Assembly (NCBI GenBank): GCA_013239625.1 | Contig: MU053881.1 | Span: 4,113,957-4,177,956, forward strand | DNA: 64,000 nt | Direction: 5' to 3' | Source of the DNA: Lama guanicoe | Taxonomy: Eukaryota | Part shown: piece by piece, positions 13,335 to 26,149 of the stretch | Layout of the letters: each line of letters starts with the position of its first letter | How positions within the stretch are numbered: the first letter of the stretch is position 1 | Program-made: the position numbers and the translations under genes | The notes under the pieces: generated by a model | Seen by the model: the letters and a program-made list of their open reading frames with translations, nothing else | The model's database searches: none | Told to the model about the DNA's origin: nothing

Positions 13335-13525
13335 CGGTTTAAAACCTCAGCTCCACCACTTCTCATTTAGGTGGACTTGGATAAGCCAGTTCTCCTCTCC
13401 AAATCCTGGGTTTCTCACCTGTAAGAGGGGAGTCGTTAGAACATACATCTCAGGGATGCTGTAAAAAATTAAACGAACGAATTCATGGACAGTGTCAAGC
13501 ACAGGACAAGCACTCAGTAAACAGA
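13335..13525 (+). mobile_element. MIR SINE
   Basis: ctcagctccaccactt…tttctcacctgtaa…ctcagggatgctgt…gcactcagtaaa. Confidence 0.7.
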
Positions 13526-13683
13526 AAGTATTACCGTTGCTTCTTTTTCTCCCCATCGTGCATGTAAACACCCGCTGCCATAATGTGCCCTTGGACTTCG
13601 GATGAACCCCTCCCTCCTTGTACAGGCAGTTTCAAGGCAGCCACTGTCAGCAGCTCTGGGTTGAGGGTTTGTGCTGTAGCTCA

Positions 13684-13696
13684 GTTGCCTAGCAAC
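13684..13696. promoter_or_regulatory. Candidate RFX X-box
   Basis: GTTGCCTAGCAAC, a near-palindromic consensus-quality RFX motif in non-repeat DNA. Confidence 0.5.
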
Positions 13697-14679
13697 AGCA
13701 TAGCATCTGCATCGTTGCAGAGCCAGGCCGGTCAGGCATCCGTCAAAACAAAGGCGGCAGCAGCGATGACTCACAGCCAGGTGTTAGGAACTGGTGGGCG
13801 CAGGGCTTCGTTTTTTGAGGGGATCAGTTACACCCTAATTCTAGCTCGAGGGAGGGACCAGCCCAGGTCTAGCTCCTGCTTTCTCCCCCGGGGGGCCACC
13901 CTTCTCACCACCCTCTGGGCTTCCTGGTGCAGGGAGGGGACTGAGAGTTGACTGGAGGCCAACTGTACGCCAGAGCATTCTGTGGGCATCGTGTGTTCAG
14001 TCTTCAGAGCAGATCTTCTCCAACGTCCCACTGAGGGCTCTGGGCCCCTGAGAGGATCAGCATTCAGAGTTCCAGTCTATCTAGCCTCAGAGCCTTCTCA
14101 CTGCGGCAGGGTGCCTCCCGAGTCCTGCCCACTGGCCCCCATCTCTCTGCAGAGTTTTGGACCCAAATAGCCAAGCACTCCTGGGCACCCTTGGAGGGAC
14201 CACAGGCATCTCACTCAACGGGTTCCTCATCCTCCCCCATCCAGTGCCCCCTCCCCCCGGACCCCCTTCTCTGTGATAACGCCAATACCTACCGGGCAGC
14301 CACGGTGAATGAAGTAGGTGTCTTTGTGGGCCCTTCCCTTCCTTCTTGACCTCAAGGACAAACAGTCACCCAATCCAGCAACTGTCCCCTCCCCCTCCTC
14401 TCTTCCCAAGGCCACTGTCCAACACAGGCGTGGCCGTGGTCTCCTGGGGTGTGTCTTCACCCCTGGCCAACCTCGGTCTCCCACCCTCCGTGCTCCAAGC
14501 TGCAGCTCCTCCCAAAGAACACATCCGAAGCTGGCACTTTCTGCTTCAACCCTTTATGGCTCCACTCACCACAGTTTGAAGCCCAAACTTCTCACCAGGG
14601 CCTGCAAGGCCCCATGCAATTCAGTCTCCTTGCCTGCTGCCCACCACACACACACACATACACACACACAAACAGAGCC

Positions 14680-14902
14680 ATCCTGGAAGGGGGTCCTGCT
14701 CTCTATCGAGCCTTCGGATCCCCGCAGCACCAGCAAACACCTGGATGACAGCCTCATGAGAGACCAGACCGAGCGCCTCCCAGCTAATCCACTCCGGGAT
14801 TCCTGACCCATCGAAACTGTGAGACAATAAACACTTGTCCATTTGTCCTCAGCTGCTAAGTGGCGGGGTAATTTGCTGCACAGCCATACATAGCTAACGC
14901 AG
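14680..14902 (+). mobile_element. MaLR LTR fragment (MLT1-family)
   Basis: cccagcta…gattcctgaccca…aactgtgagacaataaa…gctgctaagt…ggggtaatttg…cagccatacatagctaac is a typical MLT1 3' end. Confidence 0.75.
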
Positions 14903-14909
14903 TGTCCTA

Positions 14910-15062
14910 GAGTAACTCATCTGACCTCACTGTGCCTCCATTTCCTCATCTGTAAAATGGGGTTAATAAGAACACGCATATAGTGTTGAAAAGATAAAAT
15001 GAGGTAAGGTCCAGGAAGAGCTTAGCATGGTGCCCAGCATGTACTAAACATTCAATAATTAT
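14910..15062 (+). mobile_element. MIR SINE
   Basis: ctgtgcctccatttcctcatctgtaaaatggggttaataag…gcttagcatggtgcccagca. Confidence 0.8.
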
Positions 15063-17274
15063 CAAGAATTACTATAACTTCTTCTTCTTCTTTCCTATGA
15101 AAAGTTTCTTTTTCATTTTCAAAGACTCCAAGTAAGAACAGAATCAAGGGCTTGCCCGGTACCCAAACAGGTGTTCCCAGCCTGTTCTGTCTTCCGCAAG
15201 AAGCCCCTATACTGGGATCACTGGAAATCCATGCCATCACTGCAGAGAAAAATTTCAGCCTAATGGCTCACAGCCTCTTCCTGCAGAGTGGTGCTTCCCC
15301 TAAAAACAATAACCTTAATAATAAGAGGTAACCACTGTCCTACACCAGGCTCTTACTGTGCTAAGTGCCTTATGCACGTGACTCCTCACGTATGGGGACG
15401 TCGCATCTGGGATGATGGGGAAACTGAAGCTCTGAGGGAAGAGTGCTGTGGCCGGGGTCCCCCAGCAAGCAAGTGGCAGGACGAACCTGCCCCGTCTGAT
15501 AGAAAAGCTGGCACTGAGAGGAGTTTCAAGAGCAGGCACCCTCCTCCCACCCCACTCCAGCCCGAGTAAGGCCAGACCAAAGGCCTGGAGCGAAAGCGCT
15601 GTCCGGTCATGGCTGGGTGACTCCAGTGCCCCCACACTGAGATGTCACAAAATCCACAGCACCGGAGAGCAGGAGGGGCCTGGCTCTGCGGCTCCGGACT
15701 TCCGGTTCAGAGCTCTGCCACCAACACCCTCCTTGAACTTGTCTGTTTGGTCGGTTCCTGCTCCACCTCCTCCCCCACCCAGAAGACATCCCAGGAGGTG
15801 GCTGTCTGTGGCTGGGAGCCGTGGTTACCAAGAAAGCTATCTCTTCTGGCACTTTGTCCCAGGTCTTAAAGGTGCAGGGCTGGGAGAATGTTGTCAGGAC
15901 AGACTCTAGCATCCATGTGGGGCCCATCAGACAAAGTTCAAAGGCTTCAGTTTCACTTGCCAAAACGCAGGCTAGCTTTCAGACCTCTTTTCTCAGCCAG
16001 CAGGAAGAACCGCGCACCCTCCCTTTCTGGTTGTCTCCCAGGGGCAGGAAACGGAGAGCCTTGATGCACTGGCGACGTGCTATTTGCACCCTCTTACAAT
16101 GAGAAAGTGGGAAGCTGAGAGCAGGCAGAAGAGGCCACATACTCCACCTCTCACCCCATTGCCTCCTCTGTCTCCTTGCTAAGGGGATGCTCAACTTCTC
16201 CTTGCATACCTCTACTGATGGTGAGCTCACTACCTCCCAAGACAGCCCTCTCTGGCACCCAGATTTTGGAATCAGAGCCCCAGATTGGATATTCCATTCA
16301 GCACGTGACCCTGGGAAAGCCACTTTACTCCTGTGAGTTCTGGTCTCCCTCTCCATAAATAGGGCTCATGGTCTTACAGGTCTGCAGGGAGATTTGAACA
16401 CAACATCGGCTATGGATGTACTTTTAAAATGGCAAGCCGCGTGTGCGGGTGGCGAGGGTTATTCTTGTCCTAACTGCCGTTATTGTGAGGCTGTCACACA
16501 GCACTAATCATCCCGGAGCCTCTCTGATGTAGAACCCACACTGGCTCCTCATTAGCTCCTACATACCAAGTCTTCCCGCTGTGGGTTAATCACGACGGTT
16601 GACAAAGAGGCATTTGTCTGCTTTGTGAAGACTCGAATCTAATCAGAGAATTGTCATTCTGGAAAATATCGACCAAGGGGGCACTCACTTAGAACCCACG
16701 GACTCCTCACGAATGAGCGAGTCACAAGGCCACGTGCACTCAAGACAGAAACGTGCTTCCACCATCCCTCTCTCTCCTCCCCTCTATTCATCAAGAGTTC
16801 TAGTACCTTCTATGGCAGATGTCGAGAGACCTTCCCAGATCACCTGACATATACCCGACATACACCACCCCTCTAATCAGTCTCTTGCTGATATATTTTC
16901 TTCTCTCGTGCTCATGGCCATCAGACCGTTTCTCACTCACCTGCCTGCTCACTACCTGCGCTGGAGACAGAGAAGGGGCGGGTCCAGAAGAGGGGCGGGA
17001 CCAATAGGGGCATGTCCCAGAGAGGGTGGGGTCAAGAGAGGGTGGGTCCAGCAGAGGGGTGGAGCCTCTTGAATAAGGCAGGGACGGGAAGCGAAGGAGG
17101 CAGGAATGTGACTGTCTACAGTCAAGGTGAGACCACAATTAGGAGCAAAGAAGACCTGAGAGATTTTTACACGAAAATCTCAGCTGCTTTACCATGTTAA
17201 CAATAGTCTAGATTCCCACAGTAAAAAGGGAGTTGCCAGATGCTTTTCATTCCTTGCCTCACTCACTCCATGGG

Positions 17275-17405
17275 TGGGCATTATTTTCTCCATCTTACAG
17301 ATGAAGAAACTGAGGCTCAGAGAGGTTGAAAAATCTGCCCAAGTTTTCACATGTAGGGCAGAACCAGGAATCAAACCCAGTGCCTTCTGACATTCAAACC
17401 CAAGT
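17275..17405 (-). mobile_element. MIR SINE
   Basis: ccatcttacagatgaagaaactgaggctcagagaggtt…ggaatcaaacccag. Confidence 0.8.
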
Positions 17406-17508
17406 TTCCCACCTTGTATCCCCGACCTACCTCCCAGAAGACTCTAGGGGGACAGGTTTTGGAAGGCGAGGAAGAAAAGAAAGTAGCAAGGAACAAAACC
17501 GTGCCTCC

Positions 17509-17858
17509 TGCTATGGTCTGAGTGCATCCCACCAAAATTCATATGTTGAAATCCTAACTCCCAAAGACAATGGTATTAGTTGGTGGGGACTTGGGGAGAT
17601 GCTCAGGTCCTGAGGGCGGGGCCCTCATGAGTGGGATTAGTGTCCTTCTAAAAGAGGCTCCAGGAAGCTCCCTTGCCCCTTTCACCATGTTATGACACAG
17701 AGAGAAGGTACTGGCTATGAACAAGGAAGAGGATACTCACATGCAGGCTCCTTGATCTTGGACTTCCAGCATTTGGTACTGTGAGCAACATGTTTCTGTC
17801 ACTTGCAAGCTACCCAGCTGGCAGTATGGTTTTGCAGCAGCTCAAACCAACTAAGACA
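17509..17858 (+). mobile_element. MaLR solo LTR (MLT1A/B-like)
   Basis: Starts TGctatggtctga…ccaaaattcatatgttgaaatcctaa and ends …aactaagaCA. Confidence 0.88.
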
Positions 17859-19639
17859 CTGCTCTTGGAGCTCACCTTTTTCTCTCTCATTGCCAAATTC
17901 AATAGTAAAAAGAACAAATTATCTTTTTTTCTTCTGTGCTGATTATGTTAACATCAAAGATTTTTAAACATCCTTCTTCATTTCTGGATTCAAGCCGTAT
18001 TTTTTTTTCCCTTTTGAACACTGAACTGAGACCATGGAAACGTAGACTCTGACCTGCTTTGCCCCTTCTCTTCTGGCACCAATTGTTGGAAAAATCTTTG
18101 GCTTTAAAATGAGAATTTCAGAGCAGACGGTCCAAGCTCTTAAAAGAGAAGGAAAGCCCCAGTTCTTGAATACCCAAGAGAGGGCTATTACGGGAAGTGC
18201 TCGCTGTGCAGGCTTGTTGAATCGTGATGTATAATCATCTTCATTTTTCAGATGAGAAAACTGAGAGTCAGAGGTGGAGTTTTTCACGCCAGGGTCGCAC
18301 TGGTAAGTGAAGACCAAATGCATCAGATCCATCGTGTGGATCCAGGCCACCATGTGGCAGAGCCCAGAGCCATGTCTCCATCACTGGGCTCTGAGTAGGT
18401 CCTAAACAACCGTCTGCGAAACGCATGTGTGGGTAGAGGGATGAGTGTAATCTTGTTCGCAGTGACATCAACTTCTACACCTGATGTTTACTCCATCCAA
18501 ACTTGGTGAGAAGACTGACAAATCATGTCCCCTTAGGTGCAAAGTGGCAGAACGGTCGCCTGCTGCTGCCCAACAATGTACCCATAACACAGAGCTGTCC
18601 CTGCCCGGGAGACCATGACTGACAGAGGGCTGAGCCCTGGAGGTGGGCTGGTGTAGAGCCACTGTCGAGAAAACCGCCTGGACGCTCACCAAACCCATGG
18701 TCTTGTTTCCTAGGAACATAGAGACATTCATTCCGCTTGTACTCAGGAGGGGCCATGTGACTGGGAGAGGGCATGACAAGAACAAAGGTCTTGAGTCAGA
18801 AACTGGCAGGGTGCGTGTTTGAGGTAAGAAGGAAAGTATGGCTGGAGTCTGCCAAGTGGAAATGATCACTTTTATCTGACAAGGCTTTGGTGAGGCTCAT
18901 ACAAAGATAGACCAGGGAAGAACCTCAGGCAGCAGACTTCTCTTTGTTTCCTCCTTGGACCTGTCACAGAGACATGGACCAGCTGAAAAGGGCAAGAACT
19001 TGAACTGAATGGGAAATTTAAGATGATAGGATTAAAGGTGATGGTCCAGGAGGGTGCCTTTCAGTTGAAGTGACAGAAAACCGCCCTGACTGTGGTTCCT
19101 GTACTAAGAACATTTATTTCTCTCTCATTCCTCTCTCATAGAACAAGTCAGAAAGGAAGTGTCCCAGGGTTGGTGTATCAGCTCAACAATTTAGTGAGCT
19201 AGACCAATAGCCCCAGAATTCTCGTATCCTTCTCCTCATGGTTGCAAGATGGCAGTCATGGCCCCAGGCATCACAGCCTCACTTCACCATCTTCGAAGAC
19301 AGAAGGCAGAGAACAGTGGTGGCGTGGGGCAGAGTGTATCCTCAAATGCCTCCTTATGATGGAAAATATCTTTTCCAGAGTCTCCCCAGCAAGTTGAACA
19401 AAATTGGATCACTGGTCATACACTGGTAAGGAGACAATAGCACCCCCATTTTACAGATGAGAATACTGAGGCTCAGTGAGAGAGTGGCTCGCATATGGGA
19501 AAAACCAGATTCATCTGATGCAATATTTCCCCCACTGCATCTACTTCCTCTCCCTCCATCCAGACCATCTGCCTGATTGACTAAAAGGACTGCTTCCAGG
19601 GAACTTGACGTTGACTTTGGCCTCCCTGGGTTTGCCCAA

Positions 19640-19872
19640 GCTTCTCACAGAGCTTCAGTCTTTACTTGTATCATCACAGAATGTTCTCCCTCGATGTCTG
19701 TGTCTCCCATGGTATTTTTCTCTTATAAGGATGCCAGCCAAATTGGATTAGGGCACTCCCACCCCTTCCACCAATGACTTTTACTTGATTACTTATTTCC
19801 AAATAAAGTCGTCTTCACAAGTACCAGGGGTTAGGATTTCAGCATATCTTTGGAGGATGCAGTTCAACCTCT
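19640..19872 (-). mobile_element. MaLR LTR fragment (MLT1C/D-like)
   Basis: tcttataaggatgccagcc…ttggattagggc…tatttccaaataaagtc…ggggttaggatttcagcatatcttt. Confidence 0.75.
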
Positions 19873-21254
19873 AGGAAGCATGAATAATATCAGAGTTGTC
19901 TCTGGCCCAAATGAACAGGTGCCTGTGTGCTGGGAAACACAGAGACCGGCCCGGGAGAGAAGGCAAAGTCCCAAGAGAGCTGTTTGGAGCTTTGTTGTTG
20001 TTTGTTTGTTTGTTTGTTTTTGCAGATTTCAACCACAAGCATTGGCCTTTAAGACCTTCTCAAAACAGCATCCGTTGGGATTCGTTGCCTGAATCCAAAC
20101 AGCTGCCACCTTCCTGCTGATGACATGAATCAATCATCTTTTCTCAAAGACTGGAAAACTCAGGAACTCGTCTCCCTGCTGGAGGTGGGCTTGTGTCCCC
20201 CGACATCAAATGCACTTTGGAGGCGCAAACTGTCTTTCTGTCACCTCCGCCAGAACAGCCACGCGCTCCAAGGGCTGAATGCGGGTCCCCACCGAGCGGG
20301 ACATCGCTTCGTCTCTCTGGTCTCTGCGGGAGGAGGGAGGAGGGAGGAGGAGGGGGTGGGCGTGGAAGACTGAAACATACCAAGGTCTGGGCGCTGAGCT
20401 CAGGAAGGAACCAGAATTTGAACCTCAAGACGTTCACTTCTCAGCCTTTGACACAGTCATTCCACTTCCCTCCCACCCCTCTGTCCCAAGCCTGGAAGAG
20501 TGATAAGTGGGCAGCAGGCTTGCAAAGTCTTTCCAGATCCTTTGTGTTTGTCAGGATAGACTGATTGCTGTGACAAACAATTCCGTATTTCATCGTAAGA
20601 AATTCTCTTGCTCATTCACACAGGAGTTCAAAGGGAGTGTTCCTGGATGGTGTGTTCCCTGGGGGATGAGTCCAGAAATGTGTTTTATGAAATCTCCTAA
20701 CCATTTTTTTTTTTTGGCAAAGGCTAATTTAGCATGGCAGCCTGTGCCGGATTAGGCAGGGAAACTGCTCACGTGTCCTGCCCAAATCTTTTATCTGCGA
20801 GAAAACATTTACACACTTCATCGTGAACACACCATCACATGTTGACAACCAAGATGGAATTCATTTCTTTCACCCCCAGATCTGGTTCTCTTCCCGGGTT
20901 CCCTGCCCTAGGCATGCCAGCACAGTCACTTCGATGCCCAGAAACAGGAGAATCCTCTAGACTCCGCCCCCACCCTCACCCCCACACTCAATCTGTCACA
21001 CGCCCCGTCTTTCCGCCTCCTCGCTTCCATCTCCTGACGATGCTCAAGCTCTAGTGCTTATTTAGTTCAAGTCCTCTCTTCTTTCGCCTGGACCATGACA
21101 ACAGCCCCCTGGCTGGGGGCTGACCCCCGGCCTTCTCCCACCTCTGATTTCTACACCACCCAGCCTGGAGGCCGGACATACTTCTGATAGTCCGCCTTTT
21201 TCTTTATTTTTACATTCTCTCCTTCCTCCCTGATTCTTTGTAAGCACCACCCAC

Positions 21255-21880
21255 CTTGTATACAGTAGTCAGTATCTGCAAATCTCAAATTCCCAATGTA
21301 TCCCTTCCCATCCCCTATCCCCCCCGGTAACCGCAAGTTTGTTTTCTTGTCTGTGAGTCTGTTTCACTTTAAGATACAGAACATCTCCGTCACTCCAGAA
21401 CCTTCCCTTATGAGTCAGTCTCCACCCCCACCCACCCCCAGAGGCAGCCATTGCCCCGATTTCTACCCTTAGAGACTCATTTTGATTGTTGCAAAGCTTT
21501 GTCTATGGAGTCAGGGAGCAGGCACTCTTTGAGGCAAGCTTCTGGTCACCCACGTAACGTTTCTGAGATGCAGCCACGTGTTGGCAGGTCGCAGTGGGTT
21601 GTTCCTTTCATTTCTGAGTTGTCTTCCACTGTTCAGAGTGATCACAGCTCGTTCCCTCGTTCCCCCACTGATGGACGCCTGGGCCGTCCTCCTGCACTTT
21701 GGCTGTTACAACAGACGCTGCGATGGCTGTTCTCACACGAGTCTTCGTGTGGACGCGTGCTTTCATGTTTCTCGGGAATGCAATGGCTGGTCATAGGGTA
21801 AGGATAGTTTAGTTTTACATAAAAATAAAAACCTCTAGAATGTTTTATAAAGTAACACTATCATTCTACACTCCCACCAG
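21255..21880 (-). mobile_element. LINE-1 3'UTR fragments (young piece 21255-21365 plus older L1M-type piece)
   Basis: 21255-21365 resembles the L1 3'UTR at 4160-4265. Downstream sequence (gaacatctccgtcactccagaa…, gagatgcagccacgtgttg…) is typical of antisense L1M 3' ends. Confidence 0.7.
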
Positions 21881-22485
21881 TTTCCTAAGATTGTGAAAAT
21901 AAAGGTCACTCTGTTAGCATCTGAGGAAGACGGACTGGAGTCAGAAGGGCGCAGACCAGGCAGGTGACGGACAAAGGCCTTTGCAACATTCTGGAGCGGG
22001 TGACAGGCGTGGACAAGGGTCTCCCAGATCACCAAGACCTCTCTCTCTTTTTAATGGTTCAAAATGCAGCAGGATTTTCATCTTCAGTGTGCTCGGAATA
22101 ATCCCAAACTGCTACCAGGACACCAGACAGTCTGCATTCTTTACTTAGGCAGTAATTTCTTGGGACAAAAGAGACTTTAAAAGGTGGACCATTTTAACAT
22201 TTATAACAGTGTATTCTTTTATTAACTCTAAAAAGATTTTATCTGTTAAATACTGGAGGTGGGTAGTCTGGGCCTGAAACGAGGATATCTTCGGGCTGTT
22301 TCTCTGTTCCTTCCCCCTCTGCAGCTGGTGCCATGAGTGGCCTCCTTGGCACCCCCCAGCCCCCAACAACCCCCGGAGCAGGTTGTGAGTTCTTTCCAGT
22401 AAGTGAAGCCTGCACTGGGGTCTCCAGCGCTCTCAATGAAGCTATGTACCTCTTAGCAAATTTCATCTATCCCTTTCTCTCCTTA

Positions 22486-22790
22486 TGTTACTGAATCCAA
22501 ATTTGTTCTGCTCACCACACAACAGGCCAGTAAATCGGGAGACGAGGTGTTGGGTGAGGAATAATGACTTTATTTAAAGCCAGCAGACTGAGAAGATGGG
22601 GGGCTAATGTCCTGGAGAATCATCATCCCCAAGTCAGGATTCAGGCTTCTTTTATACAAAAAAAAGGGGACAGGGTGTGGTGGGTTGTTGCAAATTTTTT
22701 GGTGTCAGCATCCTTTGTTCTTGCAGCTGCCCGCGTGGGTCAGGTCACTGTGTCCCTATAAACCTCCAACAAGACAAATGTTATTTGTGA
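22486..22790 (-). mobile_element. ERV LTR (ERV1-like), probably partial
   Basis: Terminal tgttac. Minus-strand TATAAAA (22656-22650) lies upstream of AATAAA (22574-22569), giving U3-R-U5 order. Confidence 0.7.
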
Positions 22791-24278
22791 CTTAAAAGAA
22801 TGTATGTTATCAACCTTAAAAAAAATGTACAAGGCAAAACAAAGCTCTTAAAATGATTACTGTTTCAGGAGGATTAGGAGGAAAAGGTTTTTGAAGACCT
22901 CTGCCTGGGGATCTCACCCTTCGTCAGAAACCAGCTTCTCAAGGTGTTTCTTCCAAATAAATACAGTGCTCTTCCCAGGAGGAAATCTGGTGAATTGAAT
23001 TCTCATCATATGGCATTTGGGGGAGCAAAATAATAAATCTGTCCCTTTCGTTTTGGGAAAGAAAATTAATTTGCAAAGAATCTGATCAGCCACAGGAGAG
23101 CGGTCTGAAGGGCTTTGATGAGAGCTTGGCTGTGTCAGAGACGAACAGAATCACAAGGTGTGCTTTTCGGCCAATCTGGATTTCGCAGGCTTCCTTTGAA
23201 AAGAAGCTCTCTTTCCAGAGAGGCAGGAAGGGGCTGCAAGCCAAAACCTAACCAAAAAGTACTGCTCTTTGCTTTTCAACAATGCTGAGTCTAACCCCCC
23301 TTTGCCACCTTCACTTGGAGGATAGAGGACAGCGCTCTCTCCAATAGGGAGGCGTCCCCACCGGCAGCGGTCCCTCCATTTGCTTAGGAAGCATGGAAAA
23401 AGGATGGAGCTGGCTGCGGGGCTGGCTTGAGCCTGTCAGCTAGGATTCAGGTGTATTGCTGAGGAAGAAGAAAAAAAAAATGTCAAAGAAGAACTAATTA
23501 AAAGCACCACTTCTCACGCTGGCAAAAATACAATAATGACTTTAAAAGATCTTCCTCTGTTTGCTTTCCAAACGCAATTAGATGCCGAGCACCGTGGCTG
23601 ATCTCAGGTCCCAATTGCTGGTGATATTTTGGCTCACTCTTGATTACAAAAGCCCTGGAGAGCGAGCAGCTCCTGCGCGAGGGAGAGAGTTTGTTTTCCA
23701 GCTCATCTAGTCCAGATGAAGTTTCTCTCCTACTTTTGTCCCCGGCCGTCCACCTCAGGGTGGGGCTGCGGGGTGGGTGTGACCGCTGGCAGGATGCCAG
23801 TTGTTAATATCTGTGGTGTGTGCGCCCCTCCCCGCACTGTGAAGCCCCCATCACCAGAGTTCATGGCCTACCCGCCTCCCACGGCCCCTCCAGGCTGTCT
23901 CTTCCTCTGCGCCCGGCCTCGCAAGCATCAGCCTGGGACCTCCGTAAGGGCGGGGCCGGGTCCTCCCATCTGCCGGTCCCCAGCCGCCGATCCAGGCAGC
24001 GTGGGCACTGCCTGAATGACTGCCGGGCGTTTAAAAGGATGAAAGAGCATCACTTTGGAGCTGTGCGGTGCTTGGCATCTGCCCCTGTCTCCTTGAACGC
24101 TGCATCTGCATTCTCCAGGTCACTGGCTCCCCATTTCCCAGCAGAGAGACTCGGTACGTGGGAGGTGATCCCTGAACCCGGCACTGGATGGAGCCGCTCG
24201 GCTTCGTGTCCTTTGGTTGTAACCGCACCGGGAACAGCTGCTACGCGCGTTTTGGAGAAAGGGCCCCGCCTTCGGGGT

Positions 24279-24724
24279 CTGCGTGAGTTAGCCAGGGCTG
24301 CCGGAACAAGGACCCCGGACCAAGCGGCTTAAAGTAACACACGTGTGCTGTCGTCATGGCTCTGGAGGCGAGAAGTCCGGGATCGAGGTGTTCGGGGGTT
24401 GATTTGATCTGAGGGCTGTGAGGGAGGCTCTGTCCCCTGACCCTCTGCCAGCTTCTGGGGGTTGCTGGCTGCCATCCGCGTGTCTTCGTTTCTAGCTGTA
24501 TCCTTTCCGACCTCCACCGTCACAAGGTGTTCACCTCGTGTCTCTGTTTCTGTGTCTGCACTCCCCCTCTTTAGAAGGACATTGGATTAGGGGCCACCCA
24601 ATGACCTCATTTTCACTTGGTCACCTCTCTAAAGACCTCATTTCCTTATAAGGCCACATTCTGAGACACCAGGGGTTAGGACTTCAGGCCTGTCTTTGGG
24701 GGGAACTCATTTCAGCCCACGACG
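24279..24724 (-). mobile_element. MaLR solo LTR (MLT1C-like)
   Basis: ccagggctgcc…gcggcttaaa…tctggaggcgagaagtcc…ggattagggg…atgacctcat…ggggttaggacttca. Confidence 0.85.
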
Positions 24725-26149
24725 GAGCCTACCGGACCTGGGTTAGATCACGCCCCTCTGAGTTCCCAGCAGTGCGACCCTATGTTCTAGCCTTCTAAGA
24801 GGAGGCACCTGCCCCTCGTGTGTTTTTCTGCAATTTAATGTAAAGGAATGAATGTTTTTCCCCTGCTGCCAGAGCATCTTGGAGTTCCCAAAACATTTGG
24901 ATTCTTTCTCAAATGACCTTCCTAGCAGCGCTGTCCAGTAGGTATCAGCACCATCTTCTCACAGATGAGAGGGGAAGTGACCTGCCCGAGGGCCCGGGGC
25001 GGAGGGCCGGGCAGGTGGGATTCAGATCCAGGTCTGCTTGACTCCAAGCCGAGGAATCTGAATGCCACTAATTTGCTGACATCGCCTTCATTTTCTCTTT
25101 CAAGAGCTCACTGGTCTGAATTGTGTTGTTTTTTCCTTTGTTAATTAGTTGGACAATTTGCATAGAAGGGAATAAATTGCCAACATAGAGAGACACATCC
25201 TCCTAATCAAATGTGTTTGTGTAAAGCTGCAGTGGGGGTGAGGGGGGGCCTCCAAGCCGGATGGAGGAGGGTGGAGGAGGGCCAGGGTTGGCGCAGAAGG
25301 ACTCCACACCGGGGGGTGGAGGCCTGTATCCCGGTGTCACAGCAGCAGGGCAGGTTCAACCCCCAGCATCAGACCCCTCTGAGCCTCTGTTTTTTCATCT
25401 ATAAAATGAAATAATCATCATCACATGGAGCACATATTCTACTGAGTGTCTAAACAAAGATAAACAATAGAGGAACAGACAAGAAACTATGGGGGCCCAG
25501 AGGAAGGGCGAATCCAGCCAGAGCAAGTCTGGACCATGAGGCTGATGGGAGTCAGCCTGAGAACGGTGAGGAGATGGAGACAGTGAGGAGGGCAGAGAGG
25601 CTCTGAACCTCACTCCTTAAGTTCAGGTGGGCAAGATCTCTCTCTTTGTCCCCAAACTCAGTTCAGTCCATATTCTGAGCCTTCATTCCGCTGGATCAGC
25701 AGATGTAGCCTCAGCCCTCAGAGGAATTTGGTTCTGGGACCTGAGGCATCTCTTAGAGACACAGCTCGCCCAGTCCGCTTCTGGGCCACAGACGGACAGT
25801 CTCCCAGGCGTGCCGGAGCCTTTCCTCTCTGGGCCCCTGGTACCCCCAGGGAGGGGAGGATCCCCTGGCGGGCTGCGTGCGGGGTCCCCCTTCTCTCTGA
25901 GACCCACCCCCTCAACTGCTCTGCTCCATCCCTGCTCCCTTCAACCCAGGGGATCCTTTCTCGAATGAGGCAAATCTTTCTCCATATTTCTTCGAGACAC
26001 TTCAACTGGACCCAGGGGTTCTCTCCCCTCTGTGGTGTGGATTTTGGAAACAAAAGCAGGACAGTCAGGAAGATGCTGTCTGCTCTCCTCCCTGCCTCAT
26101 CCTTTTCCCACACAAGGATCCCAGGGATGATGACTTACTTCACTCAGCC

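Noticed and set aside
24927..24952. REST/RE1 half-sites (also 9716-9732, 15594-15670, 39251-39326)
   Set aside because: No canonical full RE1 with correct spacing. Two of these lie in repeats, and half-sites are expected by chance.
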